A stretch of DNA of 27,729 nt from a virus (Duplodnaviria; Caudoviricetes). The stretch is taken from positions 1-27,729 of IMG/VR virus record IMGVR_UViG_3300049164_000043; one strand, given 5' to 3'. Positions 17,719 to 25,402 of this stretch are shown here, piece after piece. Positions within the stretch are counted from its first letter, which is position 1, and each line of letters opens with the position of its first letter. The notes below the pieces were generated by a model that was not told the DNA's origin, did no database searches, and was given only the letters and a program-made list of their open reading frames with translations. The position numbers and the translations under genes are program-made.

Positions 17719-18788
17719 TGGCTACACCTATGACTCCTACTCAGCTCCTCGGGAAGCTCAAGGAGTGGGAGGTTCCGTACAAGGAATACAAGGATTGGCG
17801 AACCCATAACAGGAACCACAAGGGTTCTTGGGGCCCTGTTAACGGCTTCATGGTCCACCACACTGGCAGTGACTCGAAGGACCAGAGGGCTCTTCTCTAC
17901 AACGGCATTGCTGGTCTTCCTGGGCCTCTCTGTCACTTCGGTTTGGCACAGGATGGCACTGTCCACCTGATCGGTTGGGGCCGTGCTAATCATGCCGGCC
18001 CGGGTGACGATGACGTCCTGGACGCGGTGATAGACGAACGTCCCGCGCCCGTAGATGACGAGGCCAACACGGACTTCAACAGACACTTCTATGGCGTGGA
18101 AATTTGGTACAGCGGTAGCCATCGCATGACGGATGCTCAGTACAAGACCCTCATCAAGCTTGCCGCGGCTATCTGTGACTTCCACGGCTGGGGTAAATAC
18201 AGCATCATTGGTCATGGTGAGTCTGGTAGTCCTGGCAAGTGGGACCCCGGTTACGCCCCCGGCAAGATGATGGACATGGATCCCGTCCGGGACGACGTCC
18301 AGGCAGCCCTTGACCGCGAGGACAAGCCCTCGACCCCCCAGAAGCCTGCCGAGCCCAAGCCGGTTGGAGGCACCTACACCGTCCTGGCCGGCGACACCCT
18401 GTCATCCATCGGCCGCAAGCTGAAGGTGGACTGGGAGGAGCTGGCGAAGGTGAACGGCCTCAAGACTCCCTACACCATTAAGCCCGGACAGAAGCTCAAG
18501 GTCCCTGGCAAGGTATCTGCCCCGAAGCCGAAGCCGGTGGAGTACGAGCCCTACCCGGGGGAGGCCTACTTCCGGAAGGCTCCGAAGTCGGAACTCATCA
18601 CCCGCATGGGCAAGCGTCTGGTCCAAGAGGGCTGTGGGGTCTACCAGTCTGGCCCTGGCCCTCAGTGGACTGAGGCAGACCGCAAGAGCTACCGGAAGTG
18701 GCAGCTCAAGCGAGGTCACCGCGGCGCCGCTGCTGATGGCTGGCCCGGTAAGCAGACCTGGAACGAGCTGAAGGTGCCGAAGAAGTAG
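17718..18788 (+). CDS. Endolysin: N-acetylmuramoyl-L-alanine amidase, LysM, peptidoglycan-binding domain
   Basis: MVHHTG, GRANHAG, YGVEI, IIGHGE..KWDPG amidase motifs; YTVLAGDTLSSI...NGL...IKPGQKLKVP LysM; ADGWPGKQTW C-terminal binding motif. Confidence 0.93.
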   Translation: MATPMTPTQLLGKLKEWEVPYKEYKDWRTHNRNHKGSWGPVNGFMVHHTGSDSKDQRALLYNGIAGLPGPLCHFGLAQDGTVHLIGWGRANHAGPGDDDVLDAVIDERPAPVDDEANTDFNRHFYGVEIWYSGSHRMTDAQYKTLIKLAAAICDFHGWGKYSIIGHGESGSPGKWDPGYAPGKMMDMDPVRDDVQAALDREDKPSTPQKPAEPKPVGGTYTVLAGDTLSSIGRKLKVDWEELAKVNGLKTPYTIKPGQKLKVPGKVSAPKPKPVEYEPYPGEAYFRKAPKSELITRMGKRLVQEGCGVYQSGPGPQWTEADRKSYRKWQLKRGHRGAAADGWPGKQTWNELKVPKK

Positions 18789-18797
18789 GTGACCGAC

Positions 18798-18830
18798 GAG
18801 GGTCGGGTGCGGCCTCGCGCGCCCACCCTC
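18798..18830 (+). terminator. GC-rich hairpin after endolysin (no U-tract)
   Basis: GAGGGT/ACCCTC plus GGGTGCG/CGCGCCC stem starting 10 nt after the stop. Confidence 0.5.
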
Positions 18831-18859
18831 GCCCATGTGTGCCTACCCACACGCGCCCC

Positions 18860-18877
18860 CGCGCGAGTCACTTACGG
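18860..18877 (+). repeat. 18-bp motif CGCGCGAGTCACTTACGG, copy 3
   Basis: Identical to 17353-17370. Confidence 0.8.
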
Positions 18878-19062
18878 CGTTTCAAATATGGGTGGATTTC
18901 GCTGAGTTGTGGATGCCAAACGCAACTCACTTCTGCTGAGGGATCCGAGAGTTTGAGAGCCGGCCGAACCGCCGGCCTCCTTCCCCTGCATTTCGTGCCT
19001 ATCAATCCGAGCCCTTGCCGGACTGGCCCGCTTTTCTCGTGTGAATGAATGGAGACGTGCCT

Positions 19063-19383
19063 ATGCCCGCTACTCGGATCACTCCTACGAAGGTATTGCA
19101 GTCAGGGGCCCTGGCCCCCACCGACACAGCAGCAGACCTAGTGAACGGCAACGTCGTTGCCAATAGCGAGGGACTCAAGCTTCACGTCACGAACGATGGG
19201 GGTTCCCCTGTCACTGTCACATTCAAGACTTCGGCCACTGTGGAAGGCCTAGCCGTTGCTGATCTGACAGCCACCGTTGCCGCGGGTTCGACTCGCGTGT
19301 TCGGTCGCTTTAGCCGAGTGCTGTTCGGTGAGCAGGTGGAGTTCGCATGCTCCGCGGCTGCTGACGTCGTCGCCTACGCGTAA
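19063..19383 (+). CDS. Small beta-rich protein, possible virion decoration protein
   Basis: GGAG RBS before ATG 19063, 106 aa. ADLVNGNVVAN...LHVTN...VTVT...VEGLAVAD...VAAG resembles a small actinophage family I recall near head genes (inference). Confidence 0.55.
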   Translation: MPATRITPTKVLQSGALAPTDTAADLVNGNVVANSEGLKLHVTNDGGSPVTVTFKTSATVEGLAVADLTATVAAGSTRVFGRFSRVLFGEQVEFACSAAADVVAYA

Positions 19384-19395
19384 GGGAGTGAATGA

Positions 19396-19599
19396 ATGAA
19401 AGAATGGACGCTCCGTCATGTAGTCCGATTCTCCGCGGCCGTTGCCGCGGGTGCTCCGGTCGCTGTAGCGCTACTCGACTCCCTTCCATGGAAATCTGCT
19501 GCAACCCTTTCCGCGGCTGTTTTGGTCGCCAGCGAAGTAGCGCAACGGGTTGAGAATGCCAAGACCCTGCGTGCCTACTGGACTACTCCCGGAGAGTAG
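19396..19599 (+). CDS. Probable holin
   Basis: 67 aa, two hydrophobic Ala/Val-rich segments separated by DSLPWK, charged C-tail, near endolysin, GGGAG RBS. Confidence 0.6.
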   Translation: MKEWTLRHVVRFSAAVAAGAPVAVALLDSLPWKSAATLSAAVLVASEVAQRVENAKTLRAYWTTPGE

Positions 19600-19677
19600 T
19601 CCCCCTGTACTGAAGTCGGTGGAGACTGACTTCGGGTGAGATGAGAGAACGGGCTCCCTGATACGGACCCAAAACAC

Positions 19678-19711
19678 AAAAGAGCCCCTGCCAAATGGCA
19701 GGGGCTCTTTT
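19678..19711. terminator. Bidirectional intrinsic terminator at the convergence of the two arms
   Basis: AAAAGAGCCCCTGCC-AAAT-GGCAGGGGCTCTTTT perfect inverted repeat; a further hairpin at 19611-19634. Confidence 0.9.
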
Positions 19712-19718
19712 CTCATTT

Positions 19719-19898
19719 CTACCGCAGTCTAGCTATGTCCACCAGTGCCCACGGTATGAGCACTAGGGGTGACCACTTAACCAGTGCCCACGCTTCCTGA
19801 ACACCCGAAACCCATGCGAACACAAACAGTGTCCACCACAACGCGAACACAGACAGCAGGATGACTGAAACACTTCCAGTCTTACCCTTGCTTGCCAT
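19719..19898 (-). CDS. Small membrane protein (2 TM)
   Basis: GGGGAG RBS before ATG 19898; 59 aa, very hydrophobic and Trp-rich. Confidence 0.7.
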   Translation of the reverse strand: MASKGKTGSVSVILLSVFALWWTLFVFAWVSGVQEAWALVKWSPLVLIPWALVDIARLR

Positions 19899-20012
19899 GC
19901 TTTCTCTCCCCCGTTTCAGTCTTCCATTCTCCATCTGACCACTTCCGCACAAGGCCTGTGTACCGGCCCTGTACGTAACGGCACGGCTTGCGCTTAGGCA
20001 TGTCCATGGGAT

Positions 20013-21359
20013 TCACAGCCATCCCCCAGAGAGAGCTAGCTCAGGTTCCCGGGTGGACTCTGAGGTATCGAGCGTGAGCACTACGGGCGGTACAACCACC
20101 GGTTCGGGTTGAGCCGGCTCAGGCTCAGATTCCTCTGTTTGAGCCTGCTTTTCTGCCCACCGGTAAACCGTTCCGGGCCTACCGCGGCCGGACGTCACAC
20201 CGGGTACCACGTCGATATCGCCCATACCCTTAAGTGCTGCACGGAGGCTTGCTGCTGTGGCGCGTGTCCCAAGACAACGCAGCATCGTAGAGTGAGGCAC
20301 TTCCCCCTCGTACCGGGCCATGATTTCCCGGATGATTTCAGGCAGGGGTTTGAATGTCTTACCGGAAGACTTGACCGCGGCATCCTCGCGGACAAGCTTC
20401 TCTACACTCCGCATGCTGTACTGCACGAATGCCCACGCTGCGTTTACAGCCTCACGACTAATCGTCGTACGCCGTTCTGTGGCAGTGAGAACGGCAGCCA
20501 CCCTCACAATCTGTTCGGGTGTCCGTTCGATGTAGCAAGTCAGGTGACGTGGCATCTCTGCGAGTTTCGCAAGGAACATCACGCGGAGTTCGTCGAACCT
20601 CTTACCCGCATCCTTGCTGAGAGACATAGTCCGCGGAGCAATCCGGGCCCAATTGTACGCCTCAGACAGCTCGGGTACCTCAGGAATGTATTCCTTGTGG
20701 TTGTAGGGCAAGACCTTAGACCCTTCAACCATGACTGGCAACAGTCGGTTGAAACTCCCTCCCTTGGCATCCCGAGGCTTGACATACTCCGACCACTCAC
20801 CCGGAGTGATGTGTGCATGAAAGCCTAGCCGCGGTTGTTCAACCGTCATGCTGACTTTGGTGGTGGTGTGCCGAATGGTGACGCCGTCCCAGCACGAACG
20901 AAGCTTAGAAGCGAACGTAGGACACCGGTTCTGTCGTGACAGGTTCTCCCGCCACTCATCATCCACCACCACTAGACGAGTGTCCGTACCCCCTTCCGTC
21001 CCCATAGTTTCTTCCTGCTTCTCATACAGGAGTTGAGTAAGGGAGGGACCGGAACTCACACCCCCCGCGGTACGCGCTTCCAGGAACGAGCCAATAGCAG
21101 GCTTGAGAATGCCATGGGCAACCCTCAGAGCCGTTCCCTTGCATCCAATGGCACTTTCCCCCACGAGCACAGTCCAGACGACTACAGGGCGCCGGTTGCT
21201 TCCGTTGTACAGGGTCACGTGTCCGTTGATTGCAGTCGACCACAGAGCCAACATGGCAGCGTAGATACCTACCGGATCCGCCTCCGTGTGAGGCTCAGCC
21301 TCTGCCACGGCGTCCCCTATCGGCCCGTACCGCATCCCCTCGAATGCTTCGACGCTCAC
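20013..21359 (-). CDS. DUF3987 (YfjI-like) protein, putative replication ATPase/helicase-like
   Basis: HTEADPVG, LVGESAIGCKGT, GVSSGPSL, LRSCWDG, HIT and GGSFNRLL motifs match the DUF3987 pattern; C-terminal GRGRP winged-helix-like end. Confidence 0.75.
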   Translation of the reverse strand: MSVEAFEGMRYGPIGDAVAEAEPHTEADPVGIYAAMLALWSTAINGHVTLYNGSNRRPVVVWTVLVGESAIGCKGTALRVAHGILKPAIGSFLEARTAGGVSSGPSLTQLLYEKQEETMGTEGGTDTRLVVVDDEWRENLSRQNRCPTFASKLRSCWDGVTIRHTTTKVSMTVEQPRLGFHAHITPGEWSEYVKPRDAKGGSFNRLLPVMVEGSKVLPYNHKEYIPEVPELSEAYNWARIAPRTMSLSKDAGKRFDELRVMFLAKLAEMPRHLTCYIERTPEQIVRVAAVLTATERRTTISREAVNAAWAFVQYSMRSVEKLVREDAAVKSSGKTFKPLPEIIREIMARYEGEVPHSTMLRCLGTRATAASLRAALKGMGDIDVVPGVTSGRGRPGTVYRWAEKQAQTEESEPEPAQPEPVVVPPVVLTLDTSESTREPELALSGGWL

Positions 21360-21532
21360 TTACCCTCCCCACGCGCCATGCGGGAATCCATTTCGGCCCC
21401 GTAGAAGTTGAGCAACACAGCCGCAGCATCCTTGACGTGATTGGGAGTATGAGGGTGGCTGTGGATATGGCTCAACTCCACCCGCGCATCCCTCAATTCG
21501 TCCATTGACTTGTGCTTAAGCGTGTCCAGCAT
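21356..21532 (-). CDS. Hypothetical protein (58 aa)
   Basis: ATG overlaps the upstream TAA, stop overlaps the DUF3987 start, GGAGGG RBS. Confidence 0.7.
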   Translation of the reverse strand: MLDTLKHKSMDELRDARVELSHIHSHPHTPNHVKDAAAVLLNFYGAEMDSRMARGEGK

Positions 21533-21741
21533 TACTGACCCTCCCCAGGGTCTCCGAGAATTTGAGTGAACTGGTCTGCCCACTTCTTTTCATGCTCTTC
21601 GCACAGAAACCACGTCTTGCCGTTGAGCGTGAGTTCCATAACCGACTGTCGTGCAGTCTCGTCCTTCTTCCAGCATGCGTCGCATCCGTCATCGATTTCT
21701 TGTTCTTGCTCGATGACCACTTTCACAGTCACCCTTGCCAT
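21532..21741 (-). CDS. Lsr2 N-terminal-domain-like protein with CxxC...CxxH
   Basis: MARVTV...CDAC...ELTLNGKTWFLCEEHEKKW resembles the Lsr2 dimerization domain pattern; no DNA-binding domain; GAGGGG RBS. Confidence 0.5.
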   Translation of the reverse strand: MARVTVKVVIEQEQEIDDGCDACWKKDETARQSVMELTLNGKTWFLCEEHEKKWADQFTQILGDPGEGQ

Positions 21742-21774
21742 CCGTTCCCCTCATTCCGTTTGAGCTTCCATGAA

Positions 21775-21802
21775 CGTCGACTCACGTTTCCGTGAGTCGA
21801 CG
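21775..21802 (-). other. Perfect 12-bp intergenic hairpin, GAAA loop on minus strand
   Basis: CGTCGACTCACG-tttc-CGTGAGTCGACG. Confidence 0.75.
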
Positions 21803-21813
21803 AACACGGGAGT

Positions 21814-22020
21814 TCAGGCGGAGTATGCGTTAGGTCGGAACCACCCAACACAGAGCGACCGTCCGTCCTTATCAACGAACACGCGTCGAATCATGCCGTT
21901 GGGGAATGTCTTACTCAGACATCCCATAGGGGTGTCTCTCCACCCCCGGTAGTAGAAACCTACGCCGATAGGTTCCCCTTCCGGACTTCCATCCCGAGTG
22001 AGTGTGTGTCGCTCAATCAC
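21814..22020 (-). CDS. Hypothetical protein
   Basis: GTGA coupling to the upstream ORF, GGGAGG RBS. Confidence 0.65.
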   Translation of the reverse strand: MIERHTLTRDGSPEGEPIGVGFYYRGWRDTPMGCLSKTFPNGMIRRVFVDKDGRSLCVGWFRPNAYSA

Positions 22021-22256
22021 ACTGCCTCCCTGTACGTCGTCGCCTTACGCTGGTGCAGGTATTCCTTTGTGACTGCCTTGACGAACAGCTTCGCTGCCAT
22101 TCCCGGATCGGCATAGATCTGAGCCGATTTCCCGCAGTCCTCAAACACGGCCCTGAGTGCCTCCATACGGAGTGTGGAAGTCTCCAGCCATGCCGCGGAT
22201 GCCGCACGCCACGTAAGGTCTTCCAAGTCGCTGATGTAGGCCTTCATTGCGCTCAC
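22017..22256 (-). CDS. Hypothetical protein
   Basis: GTGA overlaps at both ends, part of a coupled chain. Confidence 0.65.
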   Translation of the reverse strand: MSAMKAYISDLEDLTWRAASAAWLETSTLRMEALRAVFEDCGKSAQIYADPGMAAKLFVKAVTKEYLHQRKATTYREAV

Positions 22257-22453
22257 TTGATCCCCCCTACAATCCGGGTCACACTTTCGGGACTCACGTC
22301 CTCAATGAGCATCCCGCTACCGCTTTGCAGGGTCACTGTTCCGTATCCCACCCCGTACAACCATGCTGTACGCTTTTCTCCATCCGGACCCAGGTACTCC
22401 ACAATGGGAGGGTTCTTTGGATCGAATGCATTCCTGAGTTCCTCTAGGGTCAC
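22253..22453 (-). CDS. Hypothetical protein
   Basis: GGAGGT RBS, GTGA overlaps. Confidence 0.65.
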   Translation of the reverse strand: MTLEELRNAFDPKNPPIVEYLGPDGEKRTAWLYGVGYGTVTLQSGSGMLIEDVSPESVTRIVGGIK

Positions 22454-22599
22454 TCGCTTACCTCCGATTCTGGGATTTCATCTTCCGGTGGCTTACGGTG
22501 ATTGCAGATAGGCCCGATTCTGGAGATACAGCACGCCCAAACCAGGTTTCCACTCTCATCCCAATAGGGGTACTCTCGATTCTCCTGCATATCGGTCAC
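22450..22599 (-). CDS. Small Cys/His protein (49 aa)
   Basis: GTG 22599 overlaps the upstream TGA; WACC......CNH motif. Confidence 0.55.
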   Translation of the reverse strand: MTDMQENREYPYWDESGNLVWACCISRIGPICNHRKPPEDEIPESEVSE

Positions 22600-23012
22600 A
22601 TCCAATACTTTCCCTCGGAGTGCCAGACTTCCCGCAGCACTCGGGTTACCTCGGACTCGATCTGTGACCACACGCGGAGAATGTCGGGACCGATACACAG
22701 ATCAGCCATTCCCGACGCGCGCTTTCCCTTGCGCCATTCAAGGGCTGTCCGAATGGTCATCAGTTCCGTTTTCGTGAGCCTCCACACCTGCACATCCGGC
22801 AGGATGGAAAGGCTTGTGGTCATCTCCCGTGCGGCATTCACGTACTCCGTACCGGACCACACGTTCTCTTGGCACTGGAGTACCAATGCTCTACGTAGAA
22901 CAGTGCGTACATACGCCGTACACATGTAGCTGTATGTGGGGACCGAATACCGGGTCTCGCCCTCCCTCTCAGGCTCACCCGACCATGCCTTGAGTTCCTC
23001 GATGTCCGTCAC
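22596..23012 (-). CDS. Hypothetical protein (138 aa)
   Basis: GTG 23012 overlaps the upstream TGA, GGAAGGGG RBS. Confidence 0.6.
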   Translation of the reverse strand: MTDIEELKAWSGEPEREGETRYSVPTYSYMCTAYVRTVLRRALVLQCQENVWSGTEYVNAAREMTTSLSILPDVQVWRLTKTELMTIRTALEWRKGKRASGMADLCIGPDILRVWSQIESEVTRVLREVWHSEGKYWM

Positions 23013-23215
23013 TGCGATACCCCTTCCAGTGCCCCCATGACACTTTCCTTGCTTCCCTCGGCTAGCCATTCCGCGTATCCATCTGCGTAGCGATAGGCGA
23101 ACCACTGAGCCGGCTCACTGTCGTCCACCCTCACGACATAACCGCGATAGTCCGCGGCACCCTCCTGCCTCAGGTAGAAGAGTCCGTCATAGCCACCCTG
23201 AAGCCATTCGTGCAT
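23009..23215 (-). CDS. Hypothetical protein
   Basis: AGGAGGT RBS before ATG 23215. Confidence 0.7.
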   Translation of the reverse strand: MHEWLQGGYDGLFYLRQEGAADYRGYVVRVDDSEPAQWFAYRYADGYAEWLAEGSKESVMGALEGVSQ

Positions 23216-23263
23216 TGCCCTACCTCCTGATGTCAGTGGGACCGAGACCCTGCCTAAAGGCAG

Positions 23264-23277
23264 GGTCTCGAATCAAC
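23264..23277 (-). promoter_or_regulatory. 14-bp repeat GTTGATTCGAGACC, copy 3, overlapping a 12-bp hairpin (23243-23270)
   Basis: Plus strand GGTCTCGAATCAAC; hairpin CGAGACCCTGCC-taaa-GGCAGGGTCTCG. Confidence 0.85.
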
Positions 23278-23291
23278 CTTGTGGGCATGCA

Positions 23292-23486
23292 TCAGACGTT
23301 GTTGTACCGCGTGTGAGGCTCGTTCTCCTGTCGGTGCGCCTCACACCGAAGCTGACAGGAGTGATGCTTGTCCCCTCGGAACTCCGAGCATGCCCAATGG
23401 GTGGGAGTCTCCTTACAGAAGGGAATGCACTTCTTCCCTTCCGCGGCTACATAGCTGGAGTAGTGGACACCGATTCGGTTAGGCAC
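23292..23486 (-). CDS. Small Cys/His-rich protein
   Basis: GAGGGG RBS, GTG start, CIPFC...CEAH. Confidence 0.6.
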   Translation of the reverse strand: MPNRIGVHYSSYVAAEGKKCIPFCKETPTHWACSEFRGDKHHSCQLRCEAHRQENEPHTRYNNV

Positions 23487-23522
23487 TTTCGTTTCCCCTC
23501 GATTGTCTCTGCGGTGGACTAC

Positions 23523-23798
23523 TCAGACGCTGTTGTGGCAACCCTGCCGGACGTACGAAACCTGAGCCTTGACGGACCGACGCTTACCGTCGTCCGTGTT
23601 GTCAGCCACCATGTCCCAGTAAGCAATACGTCCGGGCCGGCTCACACGCATTGCCTTACAGGGCCCGTACGAGTATGTACCCGCAACGACCCGCTCCCGG
23701 TAGCTGAGAGGCTTGCTGGTGGCCGTTTCGGCAGTGCCCAGGGTGATACCACCGACCAGGGACAGAACGGCCGTGAGAGACGCGATGAACTTACGCAT
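23523..23798 (-). CDS. Putative secreted protein
   Basis: Signal-peptide-like MRKFIASLTAVLSLVGGITLGTA, two Cys, GAAAGG RBS. Confidence 0.65.
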   Translation of the reverse strand: MRKFIASLTAVLSLVGGITLGTAETATSKPLSYRERVVAGTYSYGPCKAMRVSRPGRIAYWDMVADNTDDGKRRSVKAQVSYVRQGCHNSV

Positions 23799-23828
23799 GG
23801 TGTGTTGCCTTTCGTTGGTTGGGTGTGT

Positions 23829-24029
23829 TCAGCAGGAGTACGCGTCGAGTCGCTGGCATTCGTTGCTGGTGGTGCTCAGGACCCGTGCCTTCCAGTCATC
23901 CCGCAGGAATACATTGCAGCCGGCCTCTCGGCACTCCGGGCACAGTTCAGACTTTGTGTCGTCGCTCGATACCGTGACGTCCGGGCAGTCTCGGCATGCA
24001 CAGTTCGTGTATCCGCTAGCCATACTCAC
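23829..24029 (-). CDS. Cys-rich small protein
   Basis: CACRDC...CPEC..AGC...ECQR; GTGA overlap, GGAGGGG RBS. Confidence 0.7.
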   Translation of the reverse strand: MSMASGYTNCACRDCPDVTVSSDDTKSELCPECREAGCNVFLRDDWKARVLSTTSNECQRLDAYSC

Positions 24030-24220
24030 TCCCCCTCCATTCCGAGATACGTCACCGTGGCGTTTTCTGCGGTGACCGGCGCAAGGTTCTTACGCCCCCA
24101 TTCCCGCGCGCTTTCTGCCGCAGCCTCAGCACTCTTGGATGCCCAGACAACATGCGCAAACTTTTCGTCTGCCATGTCGTGAGTCCCGTTCCAGACAATC
24201 ACTGCCCAGTACTTCCTCAT
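24026..24220 (-). CDS. Hypothetical protein
   Basis: GAGGGAG RBS before ATG 24220. Confidence 0.7.
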   Translation of the reverse strand: MRKYWAVIVWNGTHDMADEKFAHVVWASKSAEAAAESAREWGRKNLAPVTAENATVTYLGMEGE

Positions 24221-24230
24221 GTTCTCTCCC

Positions 24231-24683
24231 TCAGACCTGAAGCTTGCCGTTGCGGTTAATCCAGTGGATTACCTGACACGTGTGCTTAATCGGGTGCCAG
24301 CAGGAATAGCACAGTGCGCGGTCTTGCTGCGTTTCGTACATCCAAACCAATTGCCCAGGGTCCTTACCTCCGCACTCAACACACGTGCGGTAGACAGCTT
24401 TACGCCTTGCCTCACGTCGCTCGAATTGCTTGCTGGTGCGTACTCGGAACGTCAGCATGGCGTTCATGTGTGGGGAGTTGTACGTGTCCAAATCCATGCG
24501 TACAAACTCAACGTGATGCACTTTGACGTGCCGCTTGAGTTCACGCCCGGCAGCCAACTTGACTAGCCCGATGCTGTTTTCGTCCCGAACAACCCACCAC
24601 GCACGAACGTCGTAGCAAGGCAACGTCCCTACCTGAAATGGCGTTGACCCCGCATACTCCACCGTGATTAGTTCGTCTGCCAT
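24231..24683 (-). CDS. Hypothetical protein with C-terminal CxxC...CxxC zinc finger
   Basis: GAAAGG RBS; CVECGG...LCYSC. Confidence 0.65.
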   Translation of the reverse strand: MADELITVEYAGSTPFQVGTLPCYDVRAWWVVRDENSIGLVKLAAGRELKRHVKVHHVEFVRMDLDTYNSPHMNAMLTFRVRTSKQFERREARRKAVYRTCVECGGKDPGQLVWMYETQQDRALCYSCWHPIKHTCQVIHWINRNGKLQV

Positions 24684-24785
24684 CCCTTTGCCTTTCGTCT
24701 GTGCCGATAGGGTCAGTACGGGAGCCGGCTAGACAGCAACAGCGTTGCTGTCGCTTAACCGGCCCCCTCTACTCACCCGACCGAT

Positions 24786-24998
24786 TCAGCCGTGCCGGTA
24801 GTACTCCTGCAATTCACGCAAGTCGTTGTTCCTGAGGTAGTAACCCCATTCCTGCGAGACTCGCGCACCGTTGTTGTAGCGACGCTGCCTAAGCACCCAC
24901 TCAGGCACGGTCCCGTCCGGATTGGGTGTGTAGCACGACTTAGCGTTGTGCCCCCCACCAAACAAGAGGTGGGGTTCCTTGACCAGGGAAACGCGCAT
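24786..24998 (-). CDS. Hypothetical protein
   Basis: AGGAGG RBS before ATG 24998. Confidence 0.7.
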   Translation of the reverse strand: MRVSLVKEPHLLFGGGHNAKSCYTPNPDGTVPEWVLRQRRYNNGARVSQEWGYYLRNNDLRELQEYYRHG

Positions 24999-25006
24999 GT
25001 ATCCTC

Positions 25007-25174
25007 CTACCGATTCAGGTACTTACGGATGGACTGGCGAAACTTGCCCCTATCCCCGCGCTTAGCGGCCCTACGGGCAATGACTCGCCACTTACCGGGC
25101 GGTTGTCCGCAGCAGTGACAGCCACGTCCACCGGGCCCATCCGGGCACTGCCTACCGGGCATTCGTGCGTTCAC
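25007..25174 (-). CDS. Small basic Cys protein (55 aa, not in ORF track)
   Basis: MNARMPGRQCPDGPGGRGCHCCGQPPGKWRVIARRAAKRG...; GGAAGGG RBS; fills the gap. Confidence 0.65.
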   Translation of the reverse strand: MNARMPGRQCPDGPGGRGCHCCGQPPGKWRVIARRAAKRGDRGKFRQSIRKYLNR

Positions 25175-25206
25175 TCAGTAGTCCCTTCCTGCATTTTCCC
25201 GCCCTA

Positions 25207-25220
25207 GGTCTCGAATCAAC
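25207..25220 (-). promoter_or_regulatory. 14-bp repeat GTTGATTCGAGACC, copy 4
   Basis: Exact, preceded by TTTTCTGCGC-N7 as in copy 1; supplies the TGA stop of ORF 25216-25392. Confidence 0.85.
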
Positions 25221-25392
25221 TTTGAGAGCGCAGAAAAGCACTCATGGCGTCCGACTGAGAAGACACTCCCAGGGACCGCATCTTGTGCTGTGCCTTTGCA
25301 GCCCAGTGACTAGGCCAGTCACTCACGTCCCGGTAGGTCTTGACCGAGGAGACGTCGACACCGACCAGCCACGCAATGAACCGTGCGTTCAC
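25216..25392 (-). CDS. Hypothetical protein (58 aa, not in ORF track)
   Basis: MNARFIAWLVGVDVSSVKTYRD...AFLRSQS; AAGGGG RBS, GTG start. Confidence 0.6.
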   Translation of the reverse strand: MNARFIAWLVGVDVSSVKTYRDVSDWPSHWAAKAQHKMRSLGVSSQSDAMSAFLRSQS

Positions 25393-25402
25393 TTGCTTCC
25401 CC

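Noticed and set aside
18839-19048. 69-aa ORF in the post-endolysin gap
   Set aside because: No RBS, atypical composition, and overlaps hairpins and the repeat motif.
23313-24182. 289-aa plus-strand ORF (also 20109-20828 and 25694-26236)
   Set aside because: Overlaps minus-strand genes that have good RBSs and coupled starts and stops.
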